NCBI RefSeq assembly: GCF_004010195.1
Contig: NC_057753.1
Span: 1,002,330-1,066,329, forward strand
Reading direction: 5' to 3'
Origin: Chiloscyllium plagiosum
Lineage: Eukaryota
Length of the DNA: 64,000 nucleotides
Shown here: in pieces, positions 13,438 to 26,039 of the stretch
Layout of the letters: each line of letters starts with the position of its first letter
Numbering within the stretch: the stretch's first letter is position 1
The notes under the pieces: model-generated
What the model was told of the DNA's origin: nothing
Databases searched by the model: none
The model's input: the letters and a program-made list of their open reading frames with translations, nothing else
Translations under genes and position numbers: made by a program

Positions 13438-14559
13438 GTATTCAAGGAACAGAGAGGTTGAAACGACAATAATATGACCCTTATTTTGCTAATCTTTGTC
13501 CGGCTTCACTAATCTGCTTCTTACAAATTATACAAGACAAACGAAAACCTGCCAGGAAATTTGCCATGGACAATTTCTTCCCTTACTTATTTCAGTCAAA
13601 CTGTTGTAATCAATTGAATAATACAGAAGCGAAAATCCATTGAAAATTTCAGCTTTTTATCATAGGAGATAACTTAATGGCATGCCCTTTCTATATTTCA
13701 AAACTACGCCATATTTCATATATCCTACAAATAAACTGAAACATCGAAGTCAAATCTGCTGCTGCAAACATTCAAAAATCTAATATGTGTAGGAGATCAC
13801 TACAAATCCATCTAATCTTCAGAGAATACACACACATCGGTCTTTCAAACCTTTTATCAAAATGTAAGTATTTGAATATTGTTATCATTGTTCTACATTG
13901 AAACAACAAGGTTCCAGACGGCCCTTTTGGAGAGGCCTACATGTGGACGGCTCGTTTATTTTTCTATAAACTTATATGCAAAGAAGTTATTTTTTATGTA
14001 AAGGTCGCTAAATATATTTGTTTTAAATTGTGGAGGCGAACCTTTTTTACATGGTGTTGCGTTTACAGAGTTTTTGGAGAGGCCTACACCTGGACGACTC
14101 TGCAATGAGGTTTTCTGTCAGACATTTGAAAGCTGCCTCCTAAACCATTTGAGCAGGAGTCGTTTCTACATAATCGTTTAATGAAGAGGTTGATTTTATT
14201 TAAGGTTCTAACGTTTGATTTTTTAAAGTTCTTATTGTCTGCATGCTGAATATTAAATCTTTGGTGCAGACAAGTCGTTTACTTTGTGTTTAAGATGTCA
14301 TTGCAAACTGCTTCTCTTTCGACTTAATGACTTTGAGCACATGCAAGAGACACAGAGAAGACAGGCTAATTGATTTCGAGAAGTGATTAAGCAGCAGGAT
14401 CTCTCAGAGAAATGAGTCACTGTCACGAAAGATAAGAAGTCAATTCAGAAATGCCTTGTTGTTGTTCCCATCTTAACCAGATTCTCAGGCTTGGGGACTG
14501 TTGAAAAGAATGGCCTCTGTGATGAAAATTGATGTGACAGTCAAATGTTGGACACGAAG

Positions 14560-17500
14560 AATGAGTCTTATGTTAGGCAGTGTTTGAGAAACATTAAAAT
14601 AATCAGAATTATAGGGGACTGTTCTGTCAATTGCACAGACATGTAACTCTGCAACGGCGAGCGCGAATGTAGGATAGAAGAATGCTTTCCTAATGCCAGG
14701 AATACAGAGATCTCAAAATTTTTGAAGCATATTGTTAAAGGGGAGATGAGAAATCAGAAGTTTTTAGCACACACTTGTAAGAATAACAGAAGCAAGGCTT
14801 TACAGAGTGAATATGACAAGTACGGTAGAAGTTTAAAAAACAAAACGTCACATGTAATATCTCTGGTTTACACAAACGAAGGAAAGAATCAAAGGATAAA
14901 GGAGTGAAGTTAATGGGTGAAGAGGGTGTCATGTTCAGGCATTTAGGTTTTTGGATCCTTGGCATCTTTTGGGGGCAGGAACGACCTGCTCAAGTAGAAT
15001 GGTTGTATCTATACTGGAAATGAACGAATATACTTGCGGGAAGATCATCTAATTATACTGAGGAATGCTGTAAACTATGAGTGGTGGGGGGAGGTGAAGG
15101 GACCCGATGTAGCAGATTAAATAGAAACATAGATGAGGATGGTTTTGAATCTGGAAAGAAAGAAATTTATAACAGACAATTGCAAGTCTAAGAATCAAAT
15201 AACTCTGACTAATTAATTTGAATTTATGTCAATGGAAGGTGTCTTGCATGGAAGGTTGATGATTTGTGAACACGGAATTAGGACGTCATACCTATGTCAG
15301 AATCCTGGGTCAAGTGTGAACAGGTATGGCAGCTCAATGTTTTGGTTTTCTTATGCTGTAGGAAGCACCGAAAGAGAGGCAAAATAGTTGGGGGAGACGA
15401 GTTTTGATTAGTGGAATCATTGCTATGTACCTCCAAAAGATATTTCTGAAAAACCTTCCGTTTAAAATACAGGGGCATTAGAAATAAAAGAAGGATTGAC
15501 CACCTTGATGGGATTTTACTGTAGGTATTTCAACAGCCAGAGGGAAATTTAGGAACAAATATATAGAAAGCTCTTCGATATATTTAAGAATACTGAAGTC
15601 ATAAGAGCAGGTGATTTTAACTTACCCAAACATTGTTTAGGACTACTAGCGTTCTAAAGTTGTGGATGGTGAAGGGTTGTTAAATTTTGTCAAGAATTTT
15701 TTTCTGATCATCTTGTGAATGTTCCTACTACACAAGATGAAGGAACAAACCGTGACCTTCCCTTGTGTAAAGTCAAACAGGAGAAAGTGAAGACTGCAGA
15801 TGCTGGAGATCTGAGCTGAAAATGTGTTGCTGGAAAAGTGCAGCAGGTCAGGCAGCATCCAAGGAACAGGAGAATCGACGTTTCGGTTCCTGAAGAAGGG
15901 CTCATGCCCGAAACGCCGATTCCCCTGCTCCTTGGATGCTGCCTGACCTGCTGCGCTTTTCCAGCAACACATTTTCAGCTAAAGCTATACAGGGCAAGTA
16001 TCTAAAGTAATAGTAGGAGAACACTCGGGGTCTAGTGATCATAATTCTATAAATTTAAAGTATTTTTCGAAAGAATAAGTCTTCTATAAAATAATTACGT
16101 TTTTATTTTGAATAAAGCAAATACTCATGCTATGAGTCAAGAGTTTTCAAAAATTGATTGGAGTAGACTGTTCATTTGTAAAGGGGCAGTCTTATAAGCG
16201 GGAAGCATTCACAAACGTGATGAGGAGAGTTCAGAGCCGTTATGTTCCAATTAGAGTGAAAGATAAGGCTCATAGGATGAGAGAACAATGGATGTAAAAA
16301 CATATTGAATCAAGAATAATAAGACCATATGTTTAACATCAACAACTCGGTTCAAATAAATTTTTTGAACACTGTAAAGAGTGACGGGGTATTCTTAGAT
16401 GGGAGCTCAGAAAGGTAAATAGAAGGTTTGAAATATCCATTGCAAGTAAGGTTACGGAAAATCCAAAGGTATTTTCCAAGTACATTAAGAACACAAGAAC
16501 AACTAGACTGAAAATACAGCTCCTTAAACATTGACGAGGTCTTTCTTGTGTTTTACCTCAGGAGATGGGGCAGATTTGAAATGAATATTATCCATCAGTT
16601 TACATGTGAACATAAACAATGAAGATCAGAAAACTCAATAAAATACTTATTGATGTTTTCAAAAGATTTAACATAACAGAAGAGGAACTCTTGGACGTCT
16701 TTGAATATATACAATTGGATAAATCTCAGAGACCTAACCTAATGTATCCAAGGACTTTGTGGGAAGTTAGGGAGGAAACGTGGGCACACTTACAGAAATA
16801 TTTTTATTGGGTATAAATACAGTTGACCTACTTATTGATTGGAGAGTTAATAATGCTTTGTTTTTTTTTGTTGAAGAAGGGTGTTGAGGCGAAACATGGG
16901 AAGTATAGATATCTACTTCTTACAGTTAGAGTTCAGGTACATAATTATTTGAAGTTTTCATCACATATACATAAGGTTGCGAAGAAGACGTTTGTCATGT
17001 TTGACTTCATTGCTGAGACCTTTGTGTACATGAGTCAGGGCATTTCGTTAAAGTTGTTTTGGACGTTGGTGAGATTTCCTCTGCCCATTTCTGATCTTCC
17101 TGCAGAAGGAATGATATCATTATTCTGGAAAGGATTCCAAAGAGATTAACCAAGGTTGGCCGGGGCTAAAATGTTTGCCTTAGAAGGAGAGGCTGGATAC
17201 GCTGAGACTTCTTTTTCCCTGGACCTTTGGAGATTGAAAGGTTCCCTAATAGAAGTTTATAAAAGCATAAGGGGTGTGGATAAGATTAACAAAAGATGGC
17301 TTTTCTCTTGGCTGGTGGATTTCAGACTGTAAAGTATTTTTAAAGCTGAGAAGTAAAATATTCTGAAAAGACATGAGAAGAAACGCATTCACACAGACTT
17401 TTTCGTGTGTGCAATGAACCTCCAGGGAAAGTGATGAATGACGGTTATAAAACATTTCTATCCGTGTACGAATAAGAAACCTTGCAGGGATATGAGCCAC

Positions 17501-17620
17501 GCACAGATACGTCGGTGGTTTACTTTGGGATTATGTTTAGTTTGGACTGGTTGGAATCAAAAGTGTGTTTCCATGACTCTATGACTCTCCCATTCTACGA
17601 CTCTATGAATCTATAAATAA
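14560..17620 (+). mobile_element. Decayed CR1-type LINE (ORF1 esterase, endonuclease, partial RT, 3' tail)
   Basis: Remnants such as IIGD, GDFNLP, SDHNSI and MYPRTLWEVREE; (ctatgact)-like tail at 17570-17610. Confidence 0.85.
15780..15980. mobile_element. Penelope-derived inverted-repeat insertion with hammerhead-like core
   Basis: Arms ~15814-15886 and ~15908-15980 are near-perfect reverse complements; CTGAAGA-A-GGGC(tcat)GCCC-GAAAC at 15890-15914. Confidence 0.8.
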
Positions 17621-17899
17621 AAATGTCCTGAGATGCTACAAATGCAAGATTTCAATCTGAGCAATATTCTTTAAATTTAGATATCTCAGTCTATTCCTTA
17701 TATGTCAGCATAACTGACCCTAAAACAATTATTTAGTAGGTTATCAATTATTTAGTAGGTCTGCCAACCGGGTGCTATTAGATTGTATACAAATTCATCT
17801 TTGTCTTTTTTGATGTTTACACTTTCTCGTCCATTCTTTGAACAGGAATATTCTACCTGTATTTTTTCTAATCTGCAGGGAGTTCTTTTATACTTTCTG

Positions 17900-18800
17900 C
17901 TTTAGAACTACATCTGCCAAGTTTTAGAAACTGCCAGTCTTTCTCTACGCTTTGTTTGAAAGCACCCGTTTTCTTCTGTAAACTTGCTGTACCACCCAAG
18001 AAGGGGATAAGTTATTTCATTCTGCCTACACAGTAAATATCCTTTATGTAGAGTCTGACCCCATTAACCATAGACTGCCCACTTACGGGTGCGAAAAATG
18101 TGCTAATTCTTGGACATTCAAAATCATTGAACGATGCTTTGTCATTCAGAAAACAACGGCTGCTATACTCTTGTCATATTCTTGGGTAATCACCGAAGAC
18201 ATAGGGGGCAGGACATCCTCCTTTGTTTGCAGGAAGTCTATCCTTGTATATTAATATATTGCACCTCACGCAAGTCCGAAATGATTCACGTTCATAGCTC
18301 AATCTATTGTGAAGAAACGTTAATGAACTCCTGATACATTAGAGGTTCTGCAAATTTGTAAACATTAGTTGCTAAGTTTGAACTGTATCTCAAACATCTA
18401 AAAAATCAAAAGTCAAAGTCATTTGTCTCTGTTCCATTTTTATGCAATCACTTGAATTGTCATGTTTCTGCGTTTGACCTGTTCAGTGCATAATAAAATG
18501 CATCAGAACAAGCTTTTCTTTTCAGCTAGACTCGAGTTCTTATTTATTACAAATTTAACTTTTGTGTACACCTTGAAGCGCAACACTTCGACCAATCTGA
18601 AAAATTGTCATTTCTCCTTTTCTATGATCAGGGCATTATTTTCCCACGGGGAACGTTTATTTGTATTCCAAAAATCTTAAGTTTTATTTTTAAAATACAT
18701 CTTTCTCTAGTTAGAAAACCATTTCGCAAAACCAATTCAGAGAATACAACCGCCTCTTCCCTTCATTAGCTTCTCGCACTACTTCATCAAAAAGAAATCA
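17900..18800 (-). mobile_element. Very old antisense CR1-like fragments
   Basis: Scattered decayed RT/endonuclease-region similarity on the minus strand; boundaries uncertain. Confidence 0.4.
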
Positions 18801-19369
18801 AGATTAGTTTCTCAAGCGTTGTCTCCCTTTTGCAAATCTGAATTGCAATGTGAATGTACCACTACTCTATTGTCTGTTTATTTCATTTTCTGCAATTATT
18901 GTTTTTTTTTTTTTTTGTTTTTACTAACTGCTGATATTACTTACTCGCCTGGAGTTGTGACGACTGACATGTTTCCCTTTCATTTGTCAACCTACCAGGT
19001 TTGTTTCCATTCTTAATTCTCCGTTCCACAGTTTACTTAATTTTACACCAACTAATTTTCACTGCTAGTTATATTTTTGCACATACGTTGTTAGAGCGTC
19101 CATTTCCCTTGTAGATCTCTGTCCAATACACATTAAATGCATGACTGTGCATCTGGAAACATATGCCATCTTCTCAGTTTCTGACTGGACTCACACCTGC
19201 ATTATTTATATGCCTATAGAATGCTTTTGGGTTTTATTTTCACACGTTATCTTTTATGTTGACCTACAGTCTACATAGATTTGTTTCGACGCAACAAGGT
19301 CATCTTGAAAAATTCACCTGCCATGCAGTATAAAATCGCATTTCCTTTTCCACTTTAACCTGACAATAC

Positions 19370-22170
19370 TGTGCCTTTAACAGATATATTTTGTCCAGTT
19401 TTGTTTTATGAAGAAACGTTGAGATCAGAGGTGCCTTTCTTCTGAAACCTTGGTGTTTCATTTTCTAAAGTTTGGAACAATAAAAGCAGCTTGAATATTT
19501 CGGGTCAAGTGTCCATTGAACCAGGATTTTCTTGTTTGAGATTTTCAGGAGCAATTGTTGCTGGCCTCTTGAAGCTGGATTTGAAGCTGCAGTACTTCTC
19601 ATCCTGCTTCTCTTACGTTCAGATTTTTGTTTTGTTAATGCTTATCTTCCTGGAATGGAGAATTGCCTGCGAGATATTCGATTTCTTTGAACTTGACTGT
19701 ATCAAGGTTTGGTTATGGGATGCTACAATGTTGGAACAATAAGTAAGTAACAGTTAACATATCTGTTACTTTGTTAAACGCTTCGATAGAGTTACAGTTG
19801 AGCCAAGTGTTTTATTTTACTTTTATTTTATTTGCATGTTAATGGTACTGTAAAACTGAATGTCTTTTGGCTAGACCAATCGAATTTTACTTGGAATGTA
19901 GAGTTTGAAACTGACCTTTAAGATGAGAACATGTCCACGATCTTCTCTCACATATTTGAAGGGGTTTAGTGTGGTCTGTAACAAACAGGAGGCTACTTTC
20001 GGGATCAAAATCTCAAATACCACATTGGATTTATGATTGTGGGACTGAAAGGCCATGAGTCGTGCGTATAGGCATCTTTCATTTTGGGCGTTGCTTTCGG
20101 TTGGTTTAAATAGACCTTGTATAATAATTCCTAGTTCAGTCGTTAAATGTCTCCCAGGTGTGGAAGAGATCACTTGCGATGGTTTACATAAATTGAGAAA
20201 GGCACAGATTTCGGAATTGGCAAGCGACTTGGAGTTGGGTTTTCAGTGTCTGTGGGGAAAGTGAAGATAATTGTGACAACCATGCAGCATTTACAATTGC
20301 CAGGAAAATGACTAGTTTCTTTGAAAATAGCTACAAATCAATTGTAAGTGTCGCAAAATGAAGTAGAAGCAAAGGGAAAGGAAGAGTAAATCTGGCAAAA
20401 GAAAAATAAAAATGAAATGAAATGAAAACAACTCAATTGCAATTTAAAGCAGGTGAAAAATAACCGAAAGGGAGGCTCTAACATGCTACACATCAATTGT
20501 AAGTGTCGCAAAATGAAGTAGAAGCAAAGGGAAAGGAAGACTAAATCTGGCAAAAGAAAAAGAAAAAGAAAAATGAAATGAAATGAAAACAACTCAATTG
20601 CAATTTAAAGCAGGTGAAAAATAACCGAAAGGGAGGCTCTAACATAAGAAAGGCAGGTAGAGAGAGAGAGAATAAATGGAGAATGAGAGAGAAGAAAGAA
20701 AGAAAGAAAGAGAAGGTTTTTTTTTAACTTCAGTGTTTCGAACTCTAATCTCGAAGTGGTTTAAAATGGTGAACATAGATCGGAAAAGGAAAAGTAATGA
20801 AGGCAAGGTTATTTAGGAGTTTCCTCTGCCATCGTTGAAGAAGGCAAACTACGATTTCTGGGTTTGAGTGATGGTTTTTTTATCGCATGGTCGTGCCAGA
20901 TTTTGGGAGTGTGTTTGCACACTGATTTATTTATTGAGTAAGTGCAGAACATTTGAAAACAATGGAAGACTTTCAGAAGGCATTGACAGCTTGAAAGCAG
21001 TGTTAAAGTCTGCTCCAGTGTTAGTGAAACCATTCAAAGTGTGTATCCACACAAATGATGTGGCTATCGGTGCTGTCCTTGCAAGGAGACAATGAGGAGA
21101 TAAAAACGATGCATTGTGTATTTTTTCCAGAGAATTGAAAAATAGTTAACTGAAATATGCCATGATTAAGAAGGGAGACCTTCAGATTAGTGTTGGCTTT
21201 GTAATTCTTGTCGAAATTTATATTGGCATTAATATTTCTGAGACAATCTTATGTACTGATTACAACCTCTTAATGTTTATGGAGACATCTAAACACAAAA
21301 ATTGCAGACTGTTTCGATGGAGCTTATTATTGCAGCCATTCATTTTCAAAACTATACACGTGGCAGGAAGAGAGATCATAATTGCTGACACATTGTTGCG
21401 ACTTTGATTACTAAAGATGGAGACGGGAATAAAAACGATTAAAATACACCGTAGCAATGAATGTTTAGTGATTGTAGGCTTAGAGTTAATGCAATATATA
21501 TGGATTTAAGTGAACTAATAATGAAATTCTAAGCATTTCCAAAAAAACGAAGTCATCATTTCACGTTCATGCTTCATTTTCTAAAGGAGGAAAGTATGAC
21601 GATACTATGACAAAGAGTTGTGTTTTGTTGTGCTTTCTTTTAGATGGTGATCTGTGAATAGGCGATGAACGCTGTATGCGAGATAAACAACCTGTAAAAG
21701 TTTGAGCCTTTTGAAACAATAGAAGCAACCGGCAATGGCATGATCATTTCTAGCAAACCAGCGTTTTTAACTTCCAGTTTAGAGATTTCAACAGCTGATG
21801 CTGGTGTCTCAGTGGGGTTGGAAGCTGGAGTATATCTCTCCCAGTCACTCTAAACGTTGTAAGTTTTCTGTTAATGACACTTGGCTACAGAAGATGCATG
21901 TGAAACAATTTGTGTTCTGAATTTGCATTTTGCCAGGGGTACGTTTGTGGAAAAGTCAATCAGTAATATTTAATATATCTATTATTCTGTTAAGTTTTTT
22001 TATTTAGCAATTATATTGCAATTCCACCTTTATTTTTGTGGCATTTTAACGACAGTGGATGAATTAAAGTGTGTGTTGTGTTTTAATTTCGTTAGTTCTA
22101 ACAATCGAATTACCTCTGGAATGCAATGCGCTACATTTATCTATAAAATTAAATAAACGTTATGCCTTGT
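19370..22170 (+). mobile_element. Decayed, internally deleted Ty3/Gypsy LTR retrotransposon
   Basis: Two diverged LTR-like blocks (~19370-19983 and ~21598-22170) share motifs (tt.gaacaata.aagca, gaagctg.agta, caatcgaatt…ggaatg). Also a gag-like remnant LHKLRKAQISELA, RNase H remnants PFKVCIHTNDVAIGAVL and RLFRWSLLLQPFIFKTIHVAGREIIIADTLLRL*, and a purine tract aaaggaggaaag near 21583-21594. Confidence 0.8.
20330..20645 (+). repeat. Two-copy tandem duplication (155 and 161 bp) inside the Gypsy gag region
   Basis: Units 20330-20484 and 20485-20645 both run gctaca…ggctctaacat and are nearly identical. Confidence 0.95.
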
Positions 22171-22199
22171 ACTAGGCAAACATCAAACTGCACTTTTCT

Positions 22200-23090
22200 T
22201 TTTGAATTGTAACTGTTGCATAGCGTCCAGTGCACTGGCATGTTTATTACTCAACTAGATGCTTCTTAAATGTTATGAGACTGCACCCACCACTCTCACT
22301 GGTAGTTTATTCCATATTCCTCCACCGTCTGTATAGAAGAAACTTTCCTCAGACCAACTTCAAGCCACTTACTCCTCACTGTACATTTATGCCGTATGCT
22401 GTTATGGACGTGAACTGAAGGGAAATGCAATCTCATAATCTTCTATTCTTATGCCTCTTATAATTTTGTGCACCTCAATCACATCTATTCTCTTCCCATC
22501 AGCATTCTCTGCTGCAGTGAAAATGCACTCTACCTGTCCAGACTCTCCACATTATTTTCTTCCCAGATAACATCCTGGCGAATCTCGTCGACCTTCTCTC
22601 AATTCTCATCTCGTCCTCCTTCTCGTGTGGCAACCAGAACTGTGCATAATATTCTATCTGTGATCTAAACAATTTCTTTTCTAAAGTTGCAACAAAATTT
22701 ACTTTCTTCCACATTCGATACCTTGGCTTTTGAGGGCAAACATCCCATACGCCTTGTTTACCATTTCACCTGTGCAAACAACGTCAGGGACCTATAAACA
22801 TATGTACCAAGATTGCTTTGTTCCTCAGTATTACTTGAGGTCGTACGATTCGTCATATATGTATTTACTTTATTGAATCTCCCAAAATTTACCAGATGAT
22901 CAATATGGGATTCTGTTCCGAGAAAAAAAGCTTACTACCAACAATACCACCAATTGTTGACTCAGACGTTAGCATGCTAATTCAAGTTTCTGCATTCGTA
23001 TTCAAATCATGAACGTACATATCAAACAGCAAGGTTCCTAGCATTGATACAGGACCCTCATACAGACTATCATAAATTACAAAAGGCCAT
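22200..23090 (-). mobile_element. Old CR1-type LINE 3' fragment
   Basis: Minus ORF 22499-22714: QIEYYAQFWLPH…RRFARML-like motif. Confidence 0.75.
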
Positions 23091-23239
23091 TGTCAACTCT
23101 CAAGGCAAGTCACTGAGCACTGCAGCCGCAGAGTCATCAGAAACAATACCAGTCGCAACCAAAAGTGCTCTTATAGACAACTGAATAGTTATTTCTCCCA
23201 CAAGCAAATCCTGCTTTCATTGGTTTATCTAATTAGATT

Positions 23240-23795
23240 TAGAGATGACATTATACGCCTGTGGAACATACGGATCTTGAATCCAGGCCTCTACACCCAG
23301 AAAGAGGGCCGCTATCGCTGTGCTGAAAGGGCTCTTTACATCTTTTTTCTATGTATTCTAAACAACCTGTTCAGTTATGTTATTGCACACATCAGGACAG
23401 GTGTGTGTCACACCCGAGCCTACTGGTTGAGAGGTACCTATTCACATTTATTAGTTTAAATTTACAGAGATGTCATGACACACCCAGCAGGTGGGATTTG
23501 AACTGAGGATTTGAGTCGTTTTAAACACACACCTTTTGTACCACCATGGCGCTGCACGTTACATTTTCATTTTAATTTCTCAGCCAAGCTATTCAGAGAT
23601 GTTATTATACACCTCTGGAACTGTTGGGACTTCAATTACGACCTGCTGGTTTAGAAATGCCTCTTATTAAAGGAATGTTCTCATTAAACCGTTCACTGAT
23701 ATTATGACACGCCCCTTGAACAAATCGGACTTGGTTTCAGAGCCTCCTGATTCAAACGTACAGACACTGGTACATCAGCACAAGAGCCCTCACTC
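23240..23795 (-). repeat. Degenerate tandem array of about five ~110-130 bp tRNA-like units
   Basis: Recurring gagatg(t/a)(c/t)at(t/g)a(t/c)ac.cc…ggga(c/t)ttgaa motif; the reverse complement resembles a Pol III B-box (ggttcaagtccc). Confidence 0.55.
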
Positions 23796-25389
23796 TTCAC
23801 ATGTTTTTGACCAATGGACGGAAGGGTCCTGAAGGCCCAGATAATATTACAGAGGAGGCCAGTGAGCTCAATTGCCTCGAACGTGCTTCTTCCAAATTTA
23901 AAGAAGTGGTGAGCTGGTGTGCGTGGTCAGACCCTGTTCCACCTAAAAAGCAAATTATTTTTGTGGAGGCTGAAAGAGGAACCAGCGCTGATATGCAAAA
24001 GAGACTGCGTGAGCAAGCAGGGGGGAGAGAGAGAGAGAGAGAGAGCTTAAAAGCAATAAAGAATACCGAGAGAGAGAACCGTTTACTTCTGTGTCTAACT
24101 TTTAAAAGTTGCAGCAAATTGCGCCGTTCATTCCTGCAAGATAATAGCTTGGCTTTTGGACACAGCCAACAGTGTGGTATTTCCTCTACTATTCCTTCAT
24201 TTTAACAATGTAGCATCGGTTTCTGAAATTGATGTAACTTTCCTTCCCCAAGTTCAAGAACAGTTTATTTGCTTTATAAACTGAGACCATCCATTTCATT
24301 TCATTCACTAACTTCCGTGAATATGTGTTCTCTCGGAAAATAATTTTTAATCTTCAATACTTTTTTTTATTGCTGTCTCCATTCCACCTCAAAATGTTTC
24401 CAAATCATAAACTGCTGTGCATTGAAATCAGCAAGACAATACTCTTTTAGCTAGTCAATTCACCAACCAGTTCCTTAGATGTACTGCAGAATGCAATCTC
24501 CCTATTCGAAGTCATTTTGCAAATCATTTGCTGCTGAAAATTGTTTGCACAGCCGTTACATTTCGTCCTCATTCCTTCATTACCTGATTCACTTGGAGCT
24601 TCTAATGCACAGCATCACCATATTCACTTTCCCCTTCCAACGTAAGTATTCTGGACAGCGGTGTGTGCCGATCCAGACACTTTTAAGTCTCCTATATTCA
24701 CGGCAGTGAATATAGCTGGTGATCAAGTTTGGGAAAAAAATACACCATAATCTCGCTCAACCACTTGTAATCACCAGGGGTGTCTTTAAATCCTTCAGAC
24801 ATATTAAGAAATAAGATCACCGTCATGAAGTGAATATTAACTCGAGTGTGAAGCCAAAAGATATCTTCAGACACATCCATCACCATTTCTGGGACTTCAG
24901 AGACACAACAATCTGAAATTAAAGGAATGGAGAATTGGGATTTTCGAGAAGAGGATGGCGAACGTTTCCATAGAACGACAAGAATGGGGGCAGCAATGAA
25001 CGGGATTAATCACCATAAAAACATTTCAAGGTTGAAGTTTATCTCGGCAAGAATCATGTCGATCACTGGTCAATGGAGGAAATGTTTTGCATCCGACGTG
25101 GGATAAAGAAGGGAGTGTGTGGGCATTCAAATGTGGTTTGTAGATCGGAGACAATTTGAAGAATCTGGTGGAATATTTTTAAACATGGTACGAAGCGTTC
25201 AGACTACAAGCGCCTAGGACAGGGAGGAGAGAAGACAGACGTTGAAATTCAATCTACAGTGAGTCTTGTGAAGACAGGCAGTTGAAATTGATAGAGCTTT
25301 CAATCAGTGATGGAATAAAATAGAAAAAAAGGATAAACAATTACTAAATTGAATTAACAGAGTGAGCAGAATCGATGACCTGAATAGTC

Positions 25390-25757
25390 TACACAACGCC
25401 TGGAGGAAGAGCGCCTCATCTTCCGCCTAGGAACCCTCCAACCACAAGGGATGAATGCAGATTTCTCCAGCTTTCTCATTTCCCCTCCCACCACCTTATC
25501 TTAGTCCCAACCCTCGGACTCAGCACCGCCTTCTTGACCTGCAATCTTCTTCCCAACCTTTCCACTCCCACCCCCTCTCCGGCCTATCACCCTCATCTTA
25601 ACCTCCTTCCATCTATCGCATTCCCAACGCCCCTCCCCCAAGTCCCTCCTCCCTACCATTTATCTTAGGCTGCTTGGCACACCCTCCTCATTCCTGAAGA
25701 AGGGCTTATGCCCGAAACATCGATTCTCCTGCTCCTTGGATGCTACCTGACCTGCTC
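25390..25757 (+). mobile_element. Penelope-like element 3' end (endonuclease C-terminus, 3' UTR, hammerhead-like motif)
   Basis: QRLEEERLIFRLGTLQPQGMNADFSSF, a C-rich UTR, and CTGAAGA-A-GGGC(ttat)GCCC-GAAAC at 25694-25718. Confidence 0.85.
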
Positions 25758-26013
25758 CATTCCATTAAAGAGAATTGTTCAAAACAGACAGCGACCATTG
25801 TGTGTGAAATCATCTGCAGTGAGTTAGAAAGCATCGCTGTGCCCTGGTAAGTGGCTAGGAGCATGAGAACAGAAAGAGTGGCGGCCAGAAATCCTGAGTG
25901 GAATAGAAGCAAATTTATCATGTGAGCAAGCTTTAATTCGGGGAAACAGAGTGGGTAAAACAATGAATGACGAACAGCAAAGAAAACACCAGCGAGGAAC
26001 GAGGAAAGCAGAG
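25752..26013 (+). pseudogene. IgNAR: IgNAR C4-domain pseudo-exon
   Basis: Frame from 25785 reads QTATIVCEIICSELESIAVPW*VARSMRTERVAARNPEWNRSKFI, then a frameshift to VSKL*FGETEW. This matches remembered shark IgNAR C4 (QTATIVCEIVYSDLENIKVFWQVNG…NPEWSGSKSTIVSKLKVMASEW). Lesions: TAA at 25848-25850, frameshift near 25920, apparent deletion of the second-Cys strand, 5' end abutting a Penelope fragment. Likely donor AG|gttaga at 26014. Confidence 0.85.
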
Positions 26014-26039
26014 GTTAGAGTTGAATATACTGGTTCACT

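Noticed and set aside
23100-23155. agcactgca…agagtcatcagaaac could be the end of an IgNAR C3 exon (ST..RVIRN)
   Set aside because: Too short and needs a frameshift; cannot be separated from chance without an alignment.
23801-24205. 134-aa ORF with a GA microsatellite
   Set aside because: No domain signature; probably LTR-like or other repeat sequence, not confidently classifiable.
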